The notes below the pieces were generated by a model. The model was not told the origin of the DNA and made no database searches. It worked only from the letters and a program-made list of their open reading frames with translations. Made by a program: the position numbers and the translations under genes. A stretch of DNA of 63,354 nucleotides, counting the filler, from Octopus bimaculoides (Eukaryota): assembly GCF_001194135.2 (NCBI RefSeq). It is 7 parts of 7 records of this genome, joined end to end, with 100 filler letters (N's around TTAATTAATTAA, not from the genome) between each part and the next. Parts side by side here need not be neighbours in the genome. Positions count along the whole stretch, not along the records: positions 47,938 to 51,553 come from NC_069010.1; positions 51,654 to 59,053 come from NC_068982.1; positions 59,154 to 60,917 come from NW_026367486.1; positions 61,018 to 63,354 come from NW_026410305.1; 3 more parts are not named here. One strand, 5' to 3'. Shown here piece by piece: positions 50,700 to 63,354 of this stretch; the first letter of the stretch is position 1; each line of letters begins with the position of its first letter.

Positions 50700-51390
50700 A
50701 ATGCTATAACACCATCCTAACAACACCCCACAACACTACTACAATACCATCCTAACAACAACTATCTCTCCCACTCAGTCCGCCCACATCTACAACACCT
50801 TCCTAACAACACTTCGCAACACTACTACAATACCATCCTGACAACACTATCACTTCTATTTCATTCATACACATCTACAGCACACTACAACACTACTACA
50901 ACACACAACACTACAACACCAACCTAACAACACCCCAGAACAGTACTACAACACTGTCCACACACATCTAAACACCTCACAGCACATCTACAACACCATC
51001 CTAACAATATTATCTCTCCCATGCAATCCACATACATCTACAACACTACTACAAAACCATCTTAACAACACCCCACAACACTACAACAGCAACCTAACAA
51101 CACCCCACAACACTACCTCAACACTGTCCACACACATCTAAACACCCTACAGCACCATCCTAACATCCCACAACACTACTATAACATCATCCTAACAACA
51201 TCCCACAACATTACTACAACACCATCCCACAACATTACAACACCATCCTAACAACATCCCACAACACTACTATAACACAGTCTTAACAACATCCCACCAC
51301 ACTACAACACTACAACGACATCCCACAACACTACTACAACACCATCCTAACAAGAGTATCTCTCCCATCCTGTCCACAAACATCTGTCAC
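50700..51390 (+). repeat. C/A-rich degenerate minisatellite
   Basis: Recurring acaacactactacaacaccatcctaacaac units, almost G-free on the + strand. Confidence 0.9.
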
Positions 51391-51409
51391 ACCAAAGGAT
51401 GAGAGAGTA

Positions 51410-51441
<32 letters not shown>

Positions 51442-51455
51442 CCCTGTTCACTTAC

Positions 51456-51535
51456 CTGAGCGGAGTCAACAGGTACAAATTGGAACCATGGCATCGATGG
51501 ATTTTAACGTTGCTGAATTCTAAGGTTGCAGAACA
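51456..51535 (-). CDS. TBCCD1: TBCC domain-containing protein 1, internal exon (CSATLEFSNVKIHRCHGSNLYLLTPLR), phase 0-2
   Basis: Acceptor ctctttcttcttttgcag, donor GTAAGT. Translation matches recalled human TBCCD1 SSDTLAGAHVKIHRCNESFIYLLSPLR. Phase joins the next exon. Confidence 0.93.
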
Positions 51536-51653
51536 CTGCAAAAGAAGAAAGAGNNNNNNNNNNNNNNNNNNNNNNNNNNNNNNNNNNNNNNNNNNNNTTA
51601 ATTAATTAANNNNNNNNNNNNNNNNNNNNNNNNNNNNNNNNNNNNNNNNNNNN

Positions 51654-51926
51654 GGCATTTGACAATACAGCTCGTAGGGTAGACCATCCAATCCAGGCGA
51701 CTTATCCCTCGCGCAGCCCGCCATAGCATCCCTTACTTCAGCAGCTGTGATGGGACCCTCACAATACTCTGCCTCTCCCGCCGAGAGCCGCGGCAGGCCG
51801 GTCAGGTAGGCAGTGAAGTCCATCCTGCGTTCCGACCCACCGCTCGCACCGAACAGTCGAGCAAAGTGCTGTTGAAAGGCCCCACACATCCTTTCGGGTT
51901 CGAGCAAACTACATCCCTGTTCATCG
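51654..51926 (-). mobile_element. Tx1/L1-clade LINE ORF2 pre-RT fragment, 5'-truncated at (TATC)n
   Basis: Open GC-rich frame ...CEGPITAAEVRDAMAGCARDKSPGLDGLPYELY (RT domain-0 KSPGxDG motif). Confidence 0.88.
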
Positions 51927-52299
51927 AGATAGATAGATAGATAGACAGACAGATAGATAGACAGAACATCAACACCTACGTCATTGCTATCATAACCCTC
52001 CACATTATTGCTACATAGTATTAACTGACCTCACGCTAACATACACAGTATTCTCTCTTGTATTGCAACTTTTATCGCTGTGTACGAAGTAGTTAAAACT
52101 TCACCTGTTGCGCAGCTGAAGTTTCCTCCGCTATGTTGAAGCTATTCATCATATTGCTTCTGCAGGAAAATTGTTATAAGTATTTCAACATCAATGCAGC
52201 TGTTTGTAATATATGAAGATGATAAAACTATAGGTTACACCTTCCCCTTCTCAAACATGTTTGTCTTAATGCAATTCTTCTAAAATCCATGATGATGAT

Positions 52300-52790
52300 G
52301 ATAATAATAATAATAATGTACATTATTTTGTCTTGGTATAAAATATGGGCTACAGTAAATATTCTTCTTAATACCACAGATTTGCTTGTCAGTTGTTTGA
52401 CCTTAAACAGTTGAGCATGTCCCTTGGTGGCTGACGATATGTGCATCTCTGATCATGAGCAGAAGTAGTGGGGGAGCATCATAGCCATGTGCTGAGAGGA
52501 ATTCTTTGGAGTTTGAATAATTCACCTTTGGAAACATGGATGCTTTGCTCAACATCCTTAAACAAACCTTATTCAGAGACCTTTTGAGTGGGATGGGCTA
52601 CTCAAAATTCTAGCTGGGCCCCACCTCCGAGGTCATGCGCTGTTTATCTTGATATGAGATCACCATGTTACACACATATCGTTGCAATGAATGTGCCCGG
52701 TCTACCCTTATCAGATGGGTAGTCATGATGAATATATTGGGCTTCGTATATTTTACCCCAGTGTCACTTTGATGGCTTGCACTGCTCTCT
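52300..52790 (-). mobile_element. Unclassified retroposon 3' region ending in (ATT)n; second copy at 61880-62220 (+)
   Basis: Both share ttattcaaact(c/t)caaagaattcctctca...catggctatgatgct...catatcgtcagcca. Confidence 0.75.
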
Positions 52791-55700
52791 AGTGGTGGTG
52801 GAGGAAAAAGAAGATGATGATGATTAACATGTCAGCGACAATAATAATAATGAATTGATGATGATGATGATGATGATGATTAACAACAGCGACAATAATA
52901 ATGAGGAATTCTGAACTGGACACAAAGCCAGCAACTCCGAAAGGAAGTGGGCTTGATTCATTACTTCGAGCCCATAATGATAATAATAATTCCTTCAATT
53001 TTCGAAACAAGGCTATCAATTGTTGCGTTGGTGGGAGCGAGGGTTAATTCATAACATCAACCCCCATTATTTGATTGGTACTCTATATTTTATCGACCTT
53101 GAAATGATAAAAAACAAAGCTGACTTCGGCGAGAAGTCGAAATCGGGACAACAAAGATCCGGATGCTAGAAATTCTTCAGAGAAGAGACAACTTGATTAG
53201 ATTGATCTAATTAGTCATTTGGTCCTTTGTTTTTTAGATTCTTGAACATATAAAGGTGACCTCTGCAGGATTCGAACTCAGAGCATAAAGAACTGGAACA
53301 CGTACCACAAATGAAAGAGCGAATCAAAGTTATACGACTAATAAATAAGAACAAAGCTACCATGAAGTTTAAGTTCAGAAAAGTGTACCAAGACAACCTT
53401 AAAAAACAAAAACAAAAACGAAGACGGTAATTAAAAGAACTAATGTATTAGATAAGAGGCAAAGTTATCATTTAAAAGACAAAACAACTATTTAGATATT
53501 ACTATGCTTAGATATAATTATGCTTAGATATAATAATAGCTAAAAACAAATAGATAGTACAAATGAAAGCTGGTGTTAGAAATATATAATTTACACGTAT
53601 TAGAATAATATATAAAACTAAAGTGAATGTTAAGTATAAGATAATAGGTATCCATGCACTAGATGTGTATCAATGCGTTTTAATAAGTTAAGTAGCGGTT
53701 ACATTATGAACTAGAAGCAAAGTGGATTAGTAAAACTAGAGAGGAAAGAAACATTAAAAAAACATCTGAAACTAAGATTGAAATATTGCATTTACCACAA
53801 ATACAATATTTAAGATGTCTTCTACAGTGTGAAGACTGTTATATAATACATTGCGCATTATTACAAAAATATTTGGTACAGAATAAAGGGAAGCTGGTTA
53901 CAAATAAAATATATATAGTCTAATTATAATGTGTGGGGAAGAAAAAAAACAAGATGAGACAAAGATACAAAGTAAAGTCACGAATAAGTCAATAGGAAAT
54001 TAGTGGCAGAGAGCTTGTTCATTTATGAAAGAGATGGAGAGATTCGACAGCTTAAAGTCAACCGTTTTTAAATAACTACAAGGTTTTGGGGGTGAAGGAA
54101 ATGATGGTGGGTAGAGTCAGAGAGGTTGGCTTAACAGAGAGTCAAGCACACTAGCGTGTTTCCAAGTATTGATATGTCTCCTTACAGAGACAAGAGAGAG
54201 ACAGACAGGGACATACAGACAGGCAGACAGACAGAGACAGAGAGACAGAGACAGACAGACCGAGAGAGCCTTAGATAAAAGTAGGATGTAGGGTCTAGAA
54301 TGCATCGCTCAAGAGTAACGAAAATAATGTTGTCAAGGTCGAGGGACTTGTTGAGTTCAGGCAACCGGAGATGTTTTAGCCCTTGGTGTGTATGTGTTCA
54401 TTGTTGTGATTCTGGAATAGGTTTGGAGTAGATTTACATGGTGTGTGCAGTATATAGTTAGATGCAAAATGGACAGTGACTATGATGGCTTTCAACTTGT
54501 TAGTACTTCTTCCAAAACCAGTATGGTTGGAAAGATGAGGAAACCAAGATTTTGCAAAGCTGTTAGAGGCTCTGATTACAAGGTACCAACTGCTTCACCT
54601 TCATTTCGGGCGACAGCAATAGTTCTTGGCTCTGTAAAGAACCCTTCGTGTTTTGGTTGGGTGTTTGCAATACTGACTAAGGGTTGTCTACCTTGTGGCT
54701 GTAGTGATTGTCTTCGAGCCCTATAATCTTGCTCTGCACTTATAAGTAAACAACTTGAGGATCTTAGAATTGAGAATATTTAGTGTCTGTGCTTCACACT
54801 ATCACTTGCATAAGAATATAAGTCAAGATACATGAGTAGATGTTTCTTATGGGCCAAGTGAAAAGTTCGAAGCCATCGGCTTAAGCGCCGTAAGGCGATA
54901 AGAGATGATTTACTTGAGACTGGATGTGACGCTGAGAACATATACATACATATACACACAGGTACAGACAGATGTATTTATATAAACACACATATGCATA
55001 TATTTTGTATAGTGAGATAAATATATATGTGTGTGTGTGTATTTGTGTGTGTGATGTATATATGTACATTGGTATGATGTATATATATATTTACAGAGGA
55101 ATTTTTTTTCCGCGAGGCCTCTCTTAAACATACGTCTAAAAACATGCCTGTGCGCACTCATAGCAATTTTGAAATCTTTTTGTAAAAGTTTGATCTGAAA
55201 CCTTGAGTTTAAACTGTTACTTCACTTTAGGATGGCCATACTCTCCATAAACACATGCACCGTCAATATAGTTATGTGGATACACTACAGATCGAGTACA
55301 ATAGATCAATCAGCAATATGGAAATCAAAAATTCATTCTACGGATTCAAATGATCCGACACTATGAAAGGTTACAGCGGCATTGTACATACAGGCAGTAG
55401 ATTTTGATCCCACACACAAAAGAGAGAATGAGTAGAGTAACAACTTCACGTACGTCCACAACATCAACACAGGAATGAACGTCACATAACTCAGATAATG
55501 AAAGCCAAGTTCTAACCACAACCGCACACATGCGCAATCACAAAACCTACAAATTATATGCACGTACTACGCAGACACGCACAAGTACTTATATAAACAA
55601 AAGCAAGCAAGTGAAAATAAATGGAACAGGGACAGTGTAAACAAAACAGTGGTGGGACGACAAATTCACGTAGTTAAGTGTACAACAAGACACGTTTAAA

Positions 55701-56981
55701 AATCAGCTGGAAAATTTTTAATCATAGGAAAAGTCACGATTAGCAGGAAACATTTATAGCAAATTATTTTGACAATATAACAAAAACAGTGCGTGTGTCT
55801 ATTGGGAGTATGACCCTCCAAAATCTAAAATATATATANNNNNNNNNNNNNNNNNNNNNNNNNNNNNNNNNNNNNNNNNNNNNNNNNNNNNNNNNNNNNN
55901 NNNNNNNNNNNNNNNNNNNNNNNNNNNNNNNNNNNNNNNNNNNNNNNNNNNNNNNNNNNNNNNNNNNNNNNNNNNNNNNNNNNNNNNNNNNNNNNNNNNN
56001 NNNNNNNNNNNNNNNNNNNNNNNNNNNNNNNNNNNNNNNNNNNNNNNNNNNNNNNNNNNNNNNNNNNNNNNNNNNNNNNNNNNNNNNNNNNNNNNNNNNN
56101 NNNNNNNNNNNNNNNNNNNNNNNNNNNNNNNNNNNNNNNNNNNNNNNNNNNNNNNNNNNNNNNNNNNNNNNNNNNNNNNNNNNNNNNNNNNNNNNNNNNN
56201 NNNNNNNNNNNNNNNNNNNNNNNNNNNNNNNNNNNNNNNNNNNNNNNNNNNNNNNNNNNNNNNNNNNNNNNNNNNNNNNNNNNNNNNNNNNNNNNNNNNN
56301 NNNNNNNNNNNNNNNNNNNNNNNNNNNNNNNNNNNNNNNNNNNNNNNNNNNNNNNNNNNNNNNNNNNNNNNNNNNNNNNNNNNNNNNNNNNNNNNNNNNN
56401 NNNNNNNNNNNNNNNNNNNNNNNNNNNNNNNNNNNNNNNNNNNNNNNNNNNNNNNNNNNNNNNNNNNNNNNNNNNNNNNNNNNNNNNNNNNNNNNNNNNN
56501 NNNNNNNNNNNNNNNNNNNNNNNNNNNNNNNNNNNNNNNNNNNNNNNNNNNNNNNNNNNNNNNNNNNNNNNNNNNNNNNNNNNNNNNNNNNNNNNNNNNN
56601 NNNNNNNNNNNNNNNNNNNNNNNNNNNNNNNNNNNNNNNNNNNNNNNNNNNNNNNNNNNNNNNNNNNNNNNNNNNNNNNNNNNNNNNNNNNNNNNNNNNN
56701 NNNNNNNNNNNNNNNNNNNNNNNNNNNNNNNNNNNNNNNNNNNNNNNNNNNNNNNNNNNNNNNNNNNNNNNNNNNNNNNNNNNNNNNNNNNNNNNNNNNN
56801 NNNNNNNNNNNNNNNNNNATATAATCATAATGTCACGCCGTTAAATAAATGTATATTTACTTTGATACCTACTGATTCTTTTATGGGAAAAATGTGTGTG
56901 TGTGTGTGTGCGTGTGAGCGTGCGTGTATATGTATATATGTTTGAAATACACTATAGCTTTTTGTACTTTTTTACTTTCAG

Positions 56982-57107
56982 AGCCCTATGACTACCCAGC
57001 TTGGTGTTTGATCCTCGTATTCAGCGTTCATGCGACAGGAGCGTCCATTTTCATTTTCGAATGGCTTAGTCCATTTGGACTGCATCAAGGAAAAACCCCT
57101 ATCCGAG
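56982..57107 (+). CDS. GRIN3: NMDA-type ionotropic glutamate receptor (GluN3-like), pre-M1/M1 exon (EPYDYPAWCLILVFSVHATGASIFIFEWLSPFGLHQGKTPIR), phase 1-1
   Basis: Acceptor ttttttactttcag, donor GTAACT. EP-x4-W...EWxSP is the NMDA receptor M1 signature. The His in M1 and EWxSPFGL resemble recalled GluN3A LHITAVFLTLYEWKSPFGL. NMDA family is secure; GluN3 versus GluN2 is less so. Confidence 0.88.
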
Positions 57108-57266
57108 GTAACTGAGGTAAATTTTGAATCATCGATAAATGCCCGTATGTAGTTAACGGCTGGTTATACAACACACATTATTTTCTATAGAGAGAGAGTA
57201 ATTCAAAATTACACATTGAAATGCTTGTGTATATTTATACACATAAACACACACACATAGTTGTTT

Positions 57267-57335
<69 letters not shown>

Positions 57336-57966
57336 NNNNNNNNNNNNNNNNNNNNNNNNNNNNNNNNNNNNNNNNNNNNNNNNNNNNNNNNNNNNNNNNN
57401 NNNNNNNNNNNNNNNNNNNNNNNNNNNNNNNNNNNNNNNNNNNNNNNNNNNNNNNNNNNNNNNNNNNNNNNNNNNNNNNNNNNNNNNNNNNNNNNNNNNN
57501 NNNNNNNNNNNNNNNNNNNNNNNNNNNNNNNNNNNNNNNNNNNNNNNNNNNNNNNNNNNNNNNNNNNNNNNNNNNNNNNNNNNNNNNNNNNNNNNNNNNN
57601 NNNNNNNNNNNNNNNNNNNNNNNNNNNNNNNNNNNNNNNNNNNNNNNNNNNNNNNNNNNNNNNNNNNNNNNNNNNNNNNNNNNNNNNNNNNNNNNNNNNN
57701 NNNNNNNNNNNNNNNNNNNNNNNNNNNNNNNNNNNNNNNNNNNNNNNNNNNNNNNNNNNNNNNNNNNNNNNNNNNNNNNNNNNNNNNNNNNNNNNNNNNN
57801 NNNNNNNNNNNNATATATATATATATGTATAAAACCACTTACGCATGCGCATACAAATATATGCGTCCTCACACAAGTAATAATTCAATTAAACAGCCAC
57901 AATGTTGATGCCTACATTGTCTGCTACTCACCATTATATTCCATAATCCAGAACCTTCGTCTATCG

Positions 57967-58202
57967 CAGCGTTTCTCAACCGGCGTCCAGACAGGATTTT
58001 GATGTTAAAGTTTAATTGCAATAAATTAGTTACATTTCTAAAATACACAAAATGTTTTAACCATCTTTTAATAGAGTTCCTGATAATATTTAATTAGAAA
58101 AATATAATGGGATTTTTTAAAACATCGAATATTTATGAGGGTCCAATCGAGGAAAATACGAACTAAACGGCTCCGTAGGCAGGAAATGGTTGAGAATCAC
58201 TG
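57967..58202. mobile_element. hAT (Charlie-like) MITE
   Basis: CAGCGTTTCTCAACC ... GGTTGAGAATCACTG imperfect TIRs; 8-bp TSD not conserved. Confidence 0.65.
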
Positions 58203-58269
58203 CTAGACTCCAGCTTCTTCCACTGATATTTATTAAACAAATCTGAGGATCTTTCTAATATTTTTATGA

Positions 58270-58490
58270 ACTCACGATCGTAAGATTGAGGGGTCGATTC
58301 CAGGAAGGCAATGGTTTGTGTTCTTAAGCAAGTCCCTTCATTTCACGTTGCTGCACTTCAGCAGTAGCTGGGAACTACAACTTGCAATGGACTGATGACC
58401 TGTTCAGGAGGTGTGCAATGTTGTAATTCCAATCATTTAAACGCCGCTTAAACTGGGATAATTCCTGATCTATGGGTCTAAGGACTCGTG
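58270..58490 (+). mobile_element. Old tRNA-derived SINE (CORE/V-like)
   Basis: B-box-like ggtcgattcc, tgttcttaagcaagtc, tggactgatgacctgttcagg. Confidence 0.5.
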
Positions 58491-58990
58491 ATAAGCCTAA
58501 GGGTGGATCTATCCACGCTACCATATTTGACGATTGGATTCGAAACAAGATGTATTTATTAGGTTGGAAAATGTTTCATGTTTATTATTTTCAACGATAA
58601 ATCAATCGAAAATTTAGGAATATAACTTAGTGATTCATAGGTAAAATGCATCGTTTAAAAAAACATAATAAATATAAAGCAAATTACACATTTAGCTGCT
58701 TTTGGTCGATCGTTTCTAGAAACGTCTCTATTTTTATTTATATTTATTCAATTTACCCCATTCTTATTGGTGCTTTTACCATTCTTTGTTGTATTTTTAC
58801 TCCTGCAAAAATATCAATGAAATCTATGTGAATTCACTAATCAGATCATTGACAGTATTAACCGTTCACGTTGTTCTGCCTTTTTAATATGCAATCATTC
58901 ATACTTTCCTTCTCTGTCACTCTCTATGTCTCTATCTCTCTCTCACACTCCATGTTTTTTAGTCTGACTCACTCACTCATTCATTCTCTT

Positions 58991-59034
<44 letters not shown>

Positions 59035-59499
59035 CTCTCTCTCTCTCTCTCTCNNNNNNNNNNNNNNNNNNNNNNNNNNNNNNNNNNNNNNNNNNNNTTA
59101 ATTAATTAANNNNNNNNNNNNNNNNNNNNNNNNNNNNNNNNNNNNNNNNNNNNGAGAGAGAGACATAGAGAGAGAGACATAGAGAGAGAGGGGGCGAGAG
59201 GGGAAGTAAGAGAAAGAGAGAGAGAGTGGGTATCATCCCTTTTATTTCCTAATACATCCGCTTCTGTGTGGAAAGTTAATAATAATAATGACAATGACGA
59301 TGATGATGATGATGATGATAGTAATTGTTACTACTACACCTACTACTGTTACTACTATACAGAGAACCATCAATGGAATATGGAACCAGAAGAAAAGAGA
59401 TAAAAAGGACAGAAAAAAAAATACACAGCTCGTACCCAGGGCGCTAAGCTTTGCGCTGCGCTCCATAGTGCAGTAAAAGCATGCAATTAAGTGAAAAAG

Positions 59500-60405
<906 letters not shown>

Positions 60406-60726
60406 ACAAAACTAATAACAGTAATGGAAGATTTTTATGCAATTTCCTTTTGTAATTGTGTGGTGTAAACACTTAGGTAGGAGAATACGTAAATGAATGC
60501 TTGCTTCGCTGGTTGCGTGATAGGTGCGTGTTGCGTGCCTGACTGCTTGTGTGTGTGTGTGTGTGTTTACGTATGGGAATCGTATTGAGTTTTCTGTTAG
60601 GTAATATTTCAATCAGCTTTAACATATCTCCATATATAATAAACGCGGTACGATAGGTATGTGTAAATGCGGGCGCGTGTACGTGTGTGCATGTTACGTG
60701 TATGCGTGATGACGTTTATCAGTGGA

Positions 60727-60788
<62 letters not shown>

Positions 60789-60878
60789 GTTATCTACACA
60801 CGGATCAATTTATATACATTATTTTGAAGGCATAATAACCCTATTTCTACTCAACACACACATACAAACGCGTGTGCG

Positions 60879-60917
<39 letters not shown>

Positions 60918-61017
60918 NNNNNNNNNNNNNNNNNNNNNNNNNNNNNNNNNNNNNNNNNNNNTTAATTAATTAANNNNNNNNNNNNNNNNNNNNNNNNNNN
61001 NNNNNNNNNNNNNNNNN

Positions 61018-61170
61018 TCTTAAACATTCTCTAGAACAACACTATGAACAAAACCAAATATATGGCACCCTAAGCACCAACATGAACTTCTAACTTGTTG
61101 TCTCTTGAAGATTCTGGATGAGACATGGAGCAAAATTATAACAAATGTAAAGCAAATGGCAAACATAAAC
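61018..61170 (+). mobile_element. Probable 3' end of another R4-like subfamily running into (TAA)n
   Basis: cttgttgtctcttgaagattctggatgagacatggagc...aaacataaac then (TAA)n. Confidence 0.45.
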
Positions 61171-61224
<54 letters not shown>

Positions 61225-61256
61225 TGATGATGATAATAATAATAATAATAACTCAC

Positions 61257-61347
61257 CCTTGCAGCATTTGATAACCGGCAGCGCCTGCTGGTGCAGATAA
61301 GTATACGCATTTTGCAGCTTGTTTAATGTCGCATTTGGTTGAAGGAC
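61257..61347 (-). CDS. GRIN3: GluN3-like receptor S1 loop-1 exon (VLQPNATLNKLQNAYTYLHQQALPVIKCCKG), phase 0-1; contig apparently inverted relative to the M1 exon
   Basis: Acceptor ctttctgttctcaag, donor GTGAGT. Ends in KCCKG like NMDA S1 (KKCCKG/KKCCYG) and aligns to recalled GluN3A LDPMTN...LH...KKCCYG. Confidence 0.7.
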
Positions 61348-61524
61348 CTTGAGAACAGAAAGCGGATATAGTTCCAATATCAATAATAATCACTAGACGA
61401 ATATGAGTTATAAAAAACCAAATTAGTTCAAAGTACAGGAACATATATGTATACAATCACACACACATGTATACACACACACACATGTATATACATATAT
61501 ATACACATGTATACACACACACAC

Positions 61525-61561
<37 letters not shown>

Positions 61562-62290
61562 GTAATATATATACATATACGCCCAATCGCAGAAATGGTA
61601 TTGTGTATAATACTACGACTGAATAGCAGAAGGTAAATCTGAAGATGGCTAATCTCTATACCGTAATCGAGTACGTATTTACAGACTATACCATAACATT
61701 ATATAAACGAGTGAGAGAGTAGTACATGACTTAAAAGGGACACTGTGGTTACAAATATACGAAGCCCAATATACCCATCATGACTACACTTCTGAGAAGG
61801 GTGTAACAAACACATGCATCACAACCATGTGTACGTTACTTTTTGATTTCATATACAGATAAACAACGCCGGACCTTGCAGGTGGGGCCAAGTTAGACTT
61901 TTTTGTAAGTTGAGGAACCTATCCTGCACAAAATGTCCCGGAATAAAGGTTTTATGAATATTGAACAAAACACCCATGTTTCCACAGGTGCATTATTCAA
62001 ACTTCAAAGAATTCCTCTCAAGACATGGCTATGATGCTTCCCCAACTAAATCTGCTTGTTATCAGAGAAGCATATATCGTCAGCCAGCAATGGAAATGCT
62101 CAACTGCTTAAGATCAAACAAAAGAGAACCAAATGTGTGGTACTGAGCAGAACGTTTGCTTTAGACCATATTTTACACCCAGACAAAACATGTACATGAA
62201 AACTCTTACAACCAGTAAGATAATATTACATATATATATTTGTATATATATAAATATAATACATATATATATATATATATATATATACAT

Positions 62291-62531
62291 TGTGCGGGTG
62301 GCACATAAAAGACACCATTTCGAGCGTGGCCGTTTTCGTGCGGGTGACACGTAAAAGCACCCACTACACTCTCTGAGTGGTTGGCGTTAGGAAGGGCATC
62401 CAGCTGTAGAAACTCTGCCAAATCAGACTGGAGCCTGGTGTTGCCATCCGGTTTCACCAGTCCTCAGTCAAATCGTCCAACCCATGCTAGCATGGAAAGC
62501 GGACGTTAAACGATGATGATGATGATGATGA
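62291..62531 (+). mobile_element. SINE family C copy
   Basis: Same body and (GAT)n tail as 47938-48284 and 49591-49881. Confidence 0.9.
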
Positions 62532-62753
62532 TATACATATCAATGTTTACATATGTATATTTATATACATACACATACATATGCACACACAAACACACAC
62601 ACAACCACACACAATTATATGTATATATATGTCTGAGTATAATCTACACATGTGTGTATACATGTGGAAGAGATAAGAATGTAAAATTATTCCGTATCTA
62701 CACATATTAATGAAAGAAAATGAACCTAAAACTCACCACATAATTTCATATAC

Positions 62754-62819
62754 ATTTTCTTTGCAACGCTCAAATCGCATCCGATACCAGCGAGACATTT
62801 ACCAGCTGAGGCAATGGCT
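62754..62819 (-). CDS. Candidate GluN3-like S1 exon, copy A (same peptide plus KK), 66 nt, phase 2-2
   Basis: First 60 nt and acceptor are identical to copy B; the first GT comes 6 nt later (GTATAT). Next to a 10-N gap, so it could be an assembly duplicate. Confidence 0.35.
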
Positions 62820-63172
62820 CTGCAAAAGACAAGAAATGAAATTTTATTANNNNNNNNNNTGCAACGAGAACGCGCATACAAATACAGACACACATACATC
62901 TGTAATTATGAAGTAAAATGCTCACACACGATACAGTCACACTGCACATTTCATGTGCTTACTCCGGTATATATATATATATATACCGGAGTGTTATAAT
63001 ATACTTTGCAACGCTCAAATCGCATCCGATACCAGCGAGACATTTACCAGCTGAGGCAATGGCTCTGCAAAAGACAAGAAATGAAATTTTATTACTTAAT
63101 ATTGCAACGAGAAAGCGCATACAAATACAGACAAGCATACATCTGTAATTATCAAGTAAAATGCTCACACAC
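62759..63172 (+). repeat. About 170-bp direct duplication (62759-62930 and 63005-63172)
   Basis: First ~90 bp identical, a few substitutions after the 10-N gap. Confidence 0.85.
63005..63064 (-). CDS. Candidate GluN3-like S1 exon, copy B (RAIASAGKCLAGIGCDLSVAK), 60 nt, phase 2-2
   Basis: Acceptor ttcatttcttgtcttttgcag, donor GTATTA. R-x5-G-x-C-x-AG-x2-C spacing equals recalled GluN3A REVDDEGLCPAGQLC. Needs an intervening phase 2-0 exon to join 61347. Confidence 0.5.
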
Positions 63173-63354
63173 AGATAGAGGCACACAAACACTCATACTC
63201 ACTCACACTGAAGCACACGCACATGTGTCGATACGTACCAGAACCCTCTTTTTCACACACATAAAAATGAATATACACCTCCCTTATATAAATACGTATG
63301 TATACATGCACAAGGAAATATTATTAGAATATATACAATTACACATAGACACAC

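Noticed and set aside
49975-51390. CRISPR-like array
   Set aside because: Degenerate minisatellites without unique spacers, in eukaryotic intron context, with no cas genes.
54445-54726. 93-aa ORF as an exon of the NMDA receptor or another gene
   Set aside because: No recognisable motif in any frame on either strand; cannot be supported without a search.
55228-55365. S1 C-terminal exon (MAILSINT...RSSTIDQS)
   Set aside because: Spacing needs an 11-aa insertion in a conserved segment, the PF..T motif is absent and the frame ends in a stop.
59242-59466. Signal-peptide first exon of the receptor (MERSAKLSALG...)
   Set aside because: Hydrophobicity comes from the reverse complement of A-rich and (ATG)n repeats; no strong donor.

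Overview
AT-rich, microsatellite-dense eukaryotic genomic DNA, most likely an octopus (inferred from the SINE/LINE families and repeat density). It is stitched from seven contigs joined by six artificial 100-bp linkers (44 N + TTAATTAATTAA + 44 N), so order and orientation between contigs are not trustworthy. Almost all ORF-track entries are microsatellite or N-run artefacts; the real coding content is short spliced exons. (1) Four consecutive, phase-compatible internal exons of TBCCD1 lie on the - strand (48513-51535). (2) Exons of an NMDA-type, GluN3-like glutamate receptor are scattered: a clear M1 exon at 56982-57107 (+), S1 ligand-binding exons at 61257-61347 and 62754-63064 (-, in an apparently flipped contig) and a probable ATD exon at 45857-46035 (+). 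The rest is decayed mobile elements: R4/Dong-, Tx1-, RTE-, CR1- and Penelope-like retroelements, two mariner relics, piggyBac/hAT MITEs, a Helitron-like element and at least three SINE families. A GC/CpG island at about 30 kb looks like a first exon/promoter. No CRISPR array, rRNA or genuine tRNA gene is supported. The best leads are an apparent guild of retroelements each tied to a different microsatellite ((TAA)n, (CATA)n, (TATC)n), a tandemly duplicated frame-symmetric exon in the GluN3-like ligand-binding loop, and the possible nesting of TBCCD1 antisense within the receptor gene. All are hypotheses; protein-family matches are from recalled sequences, not database searches.
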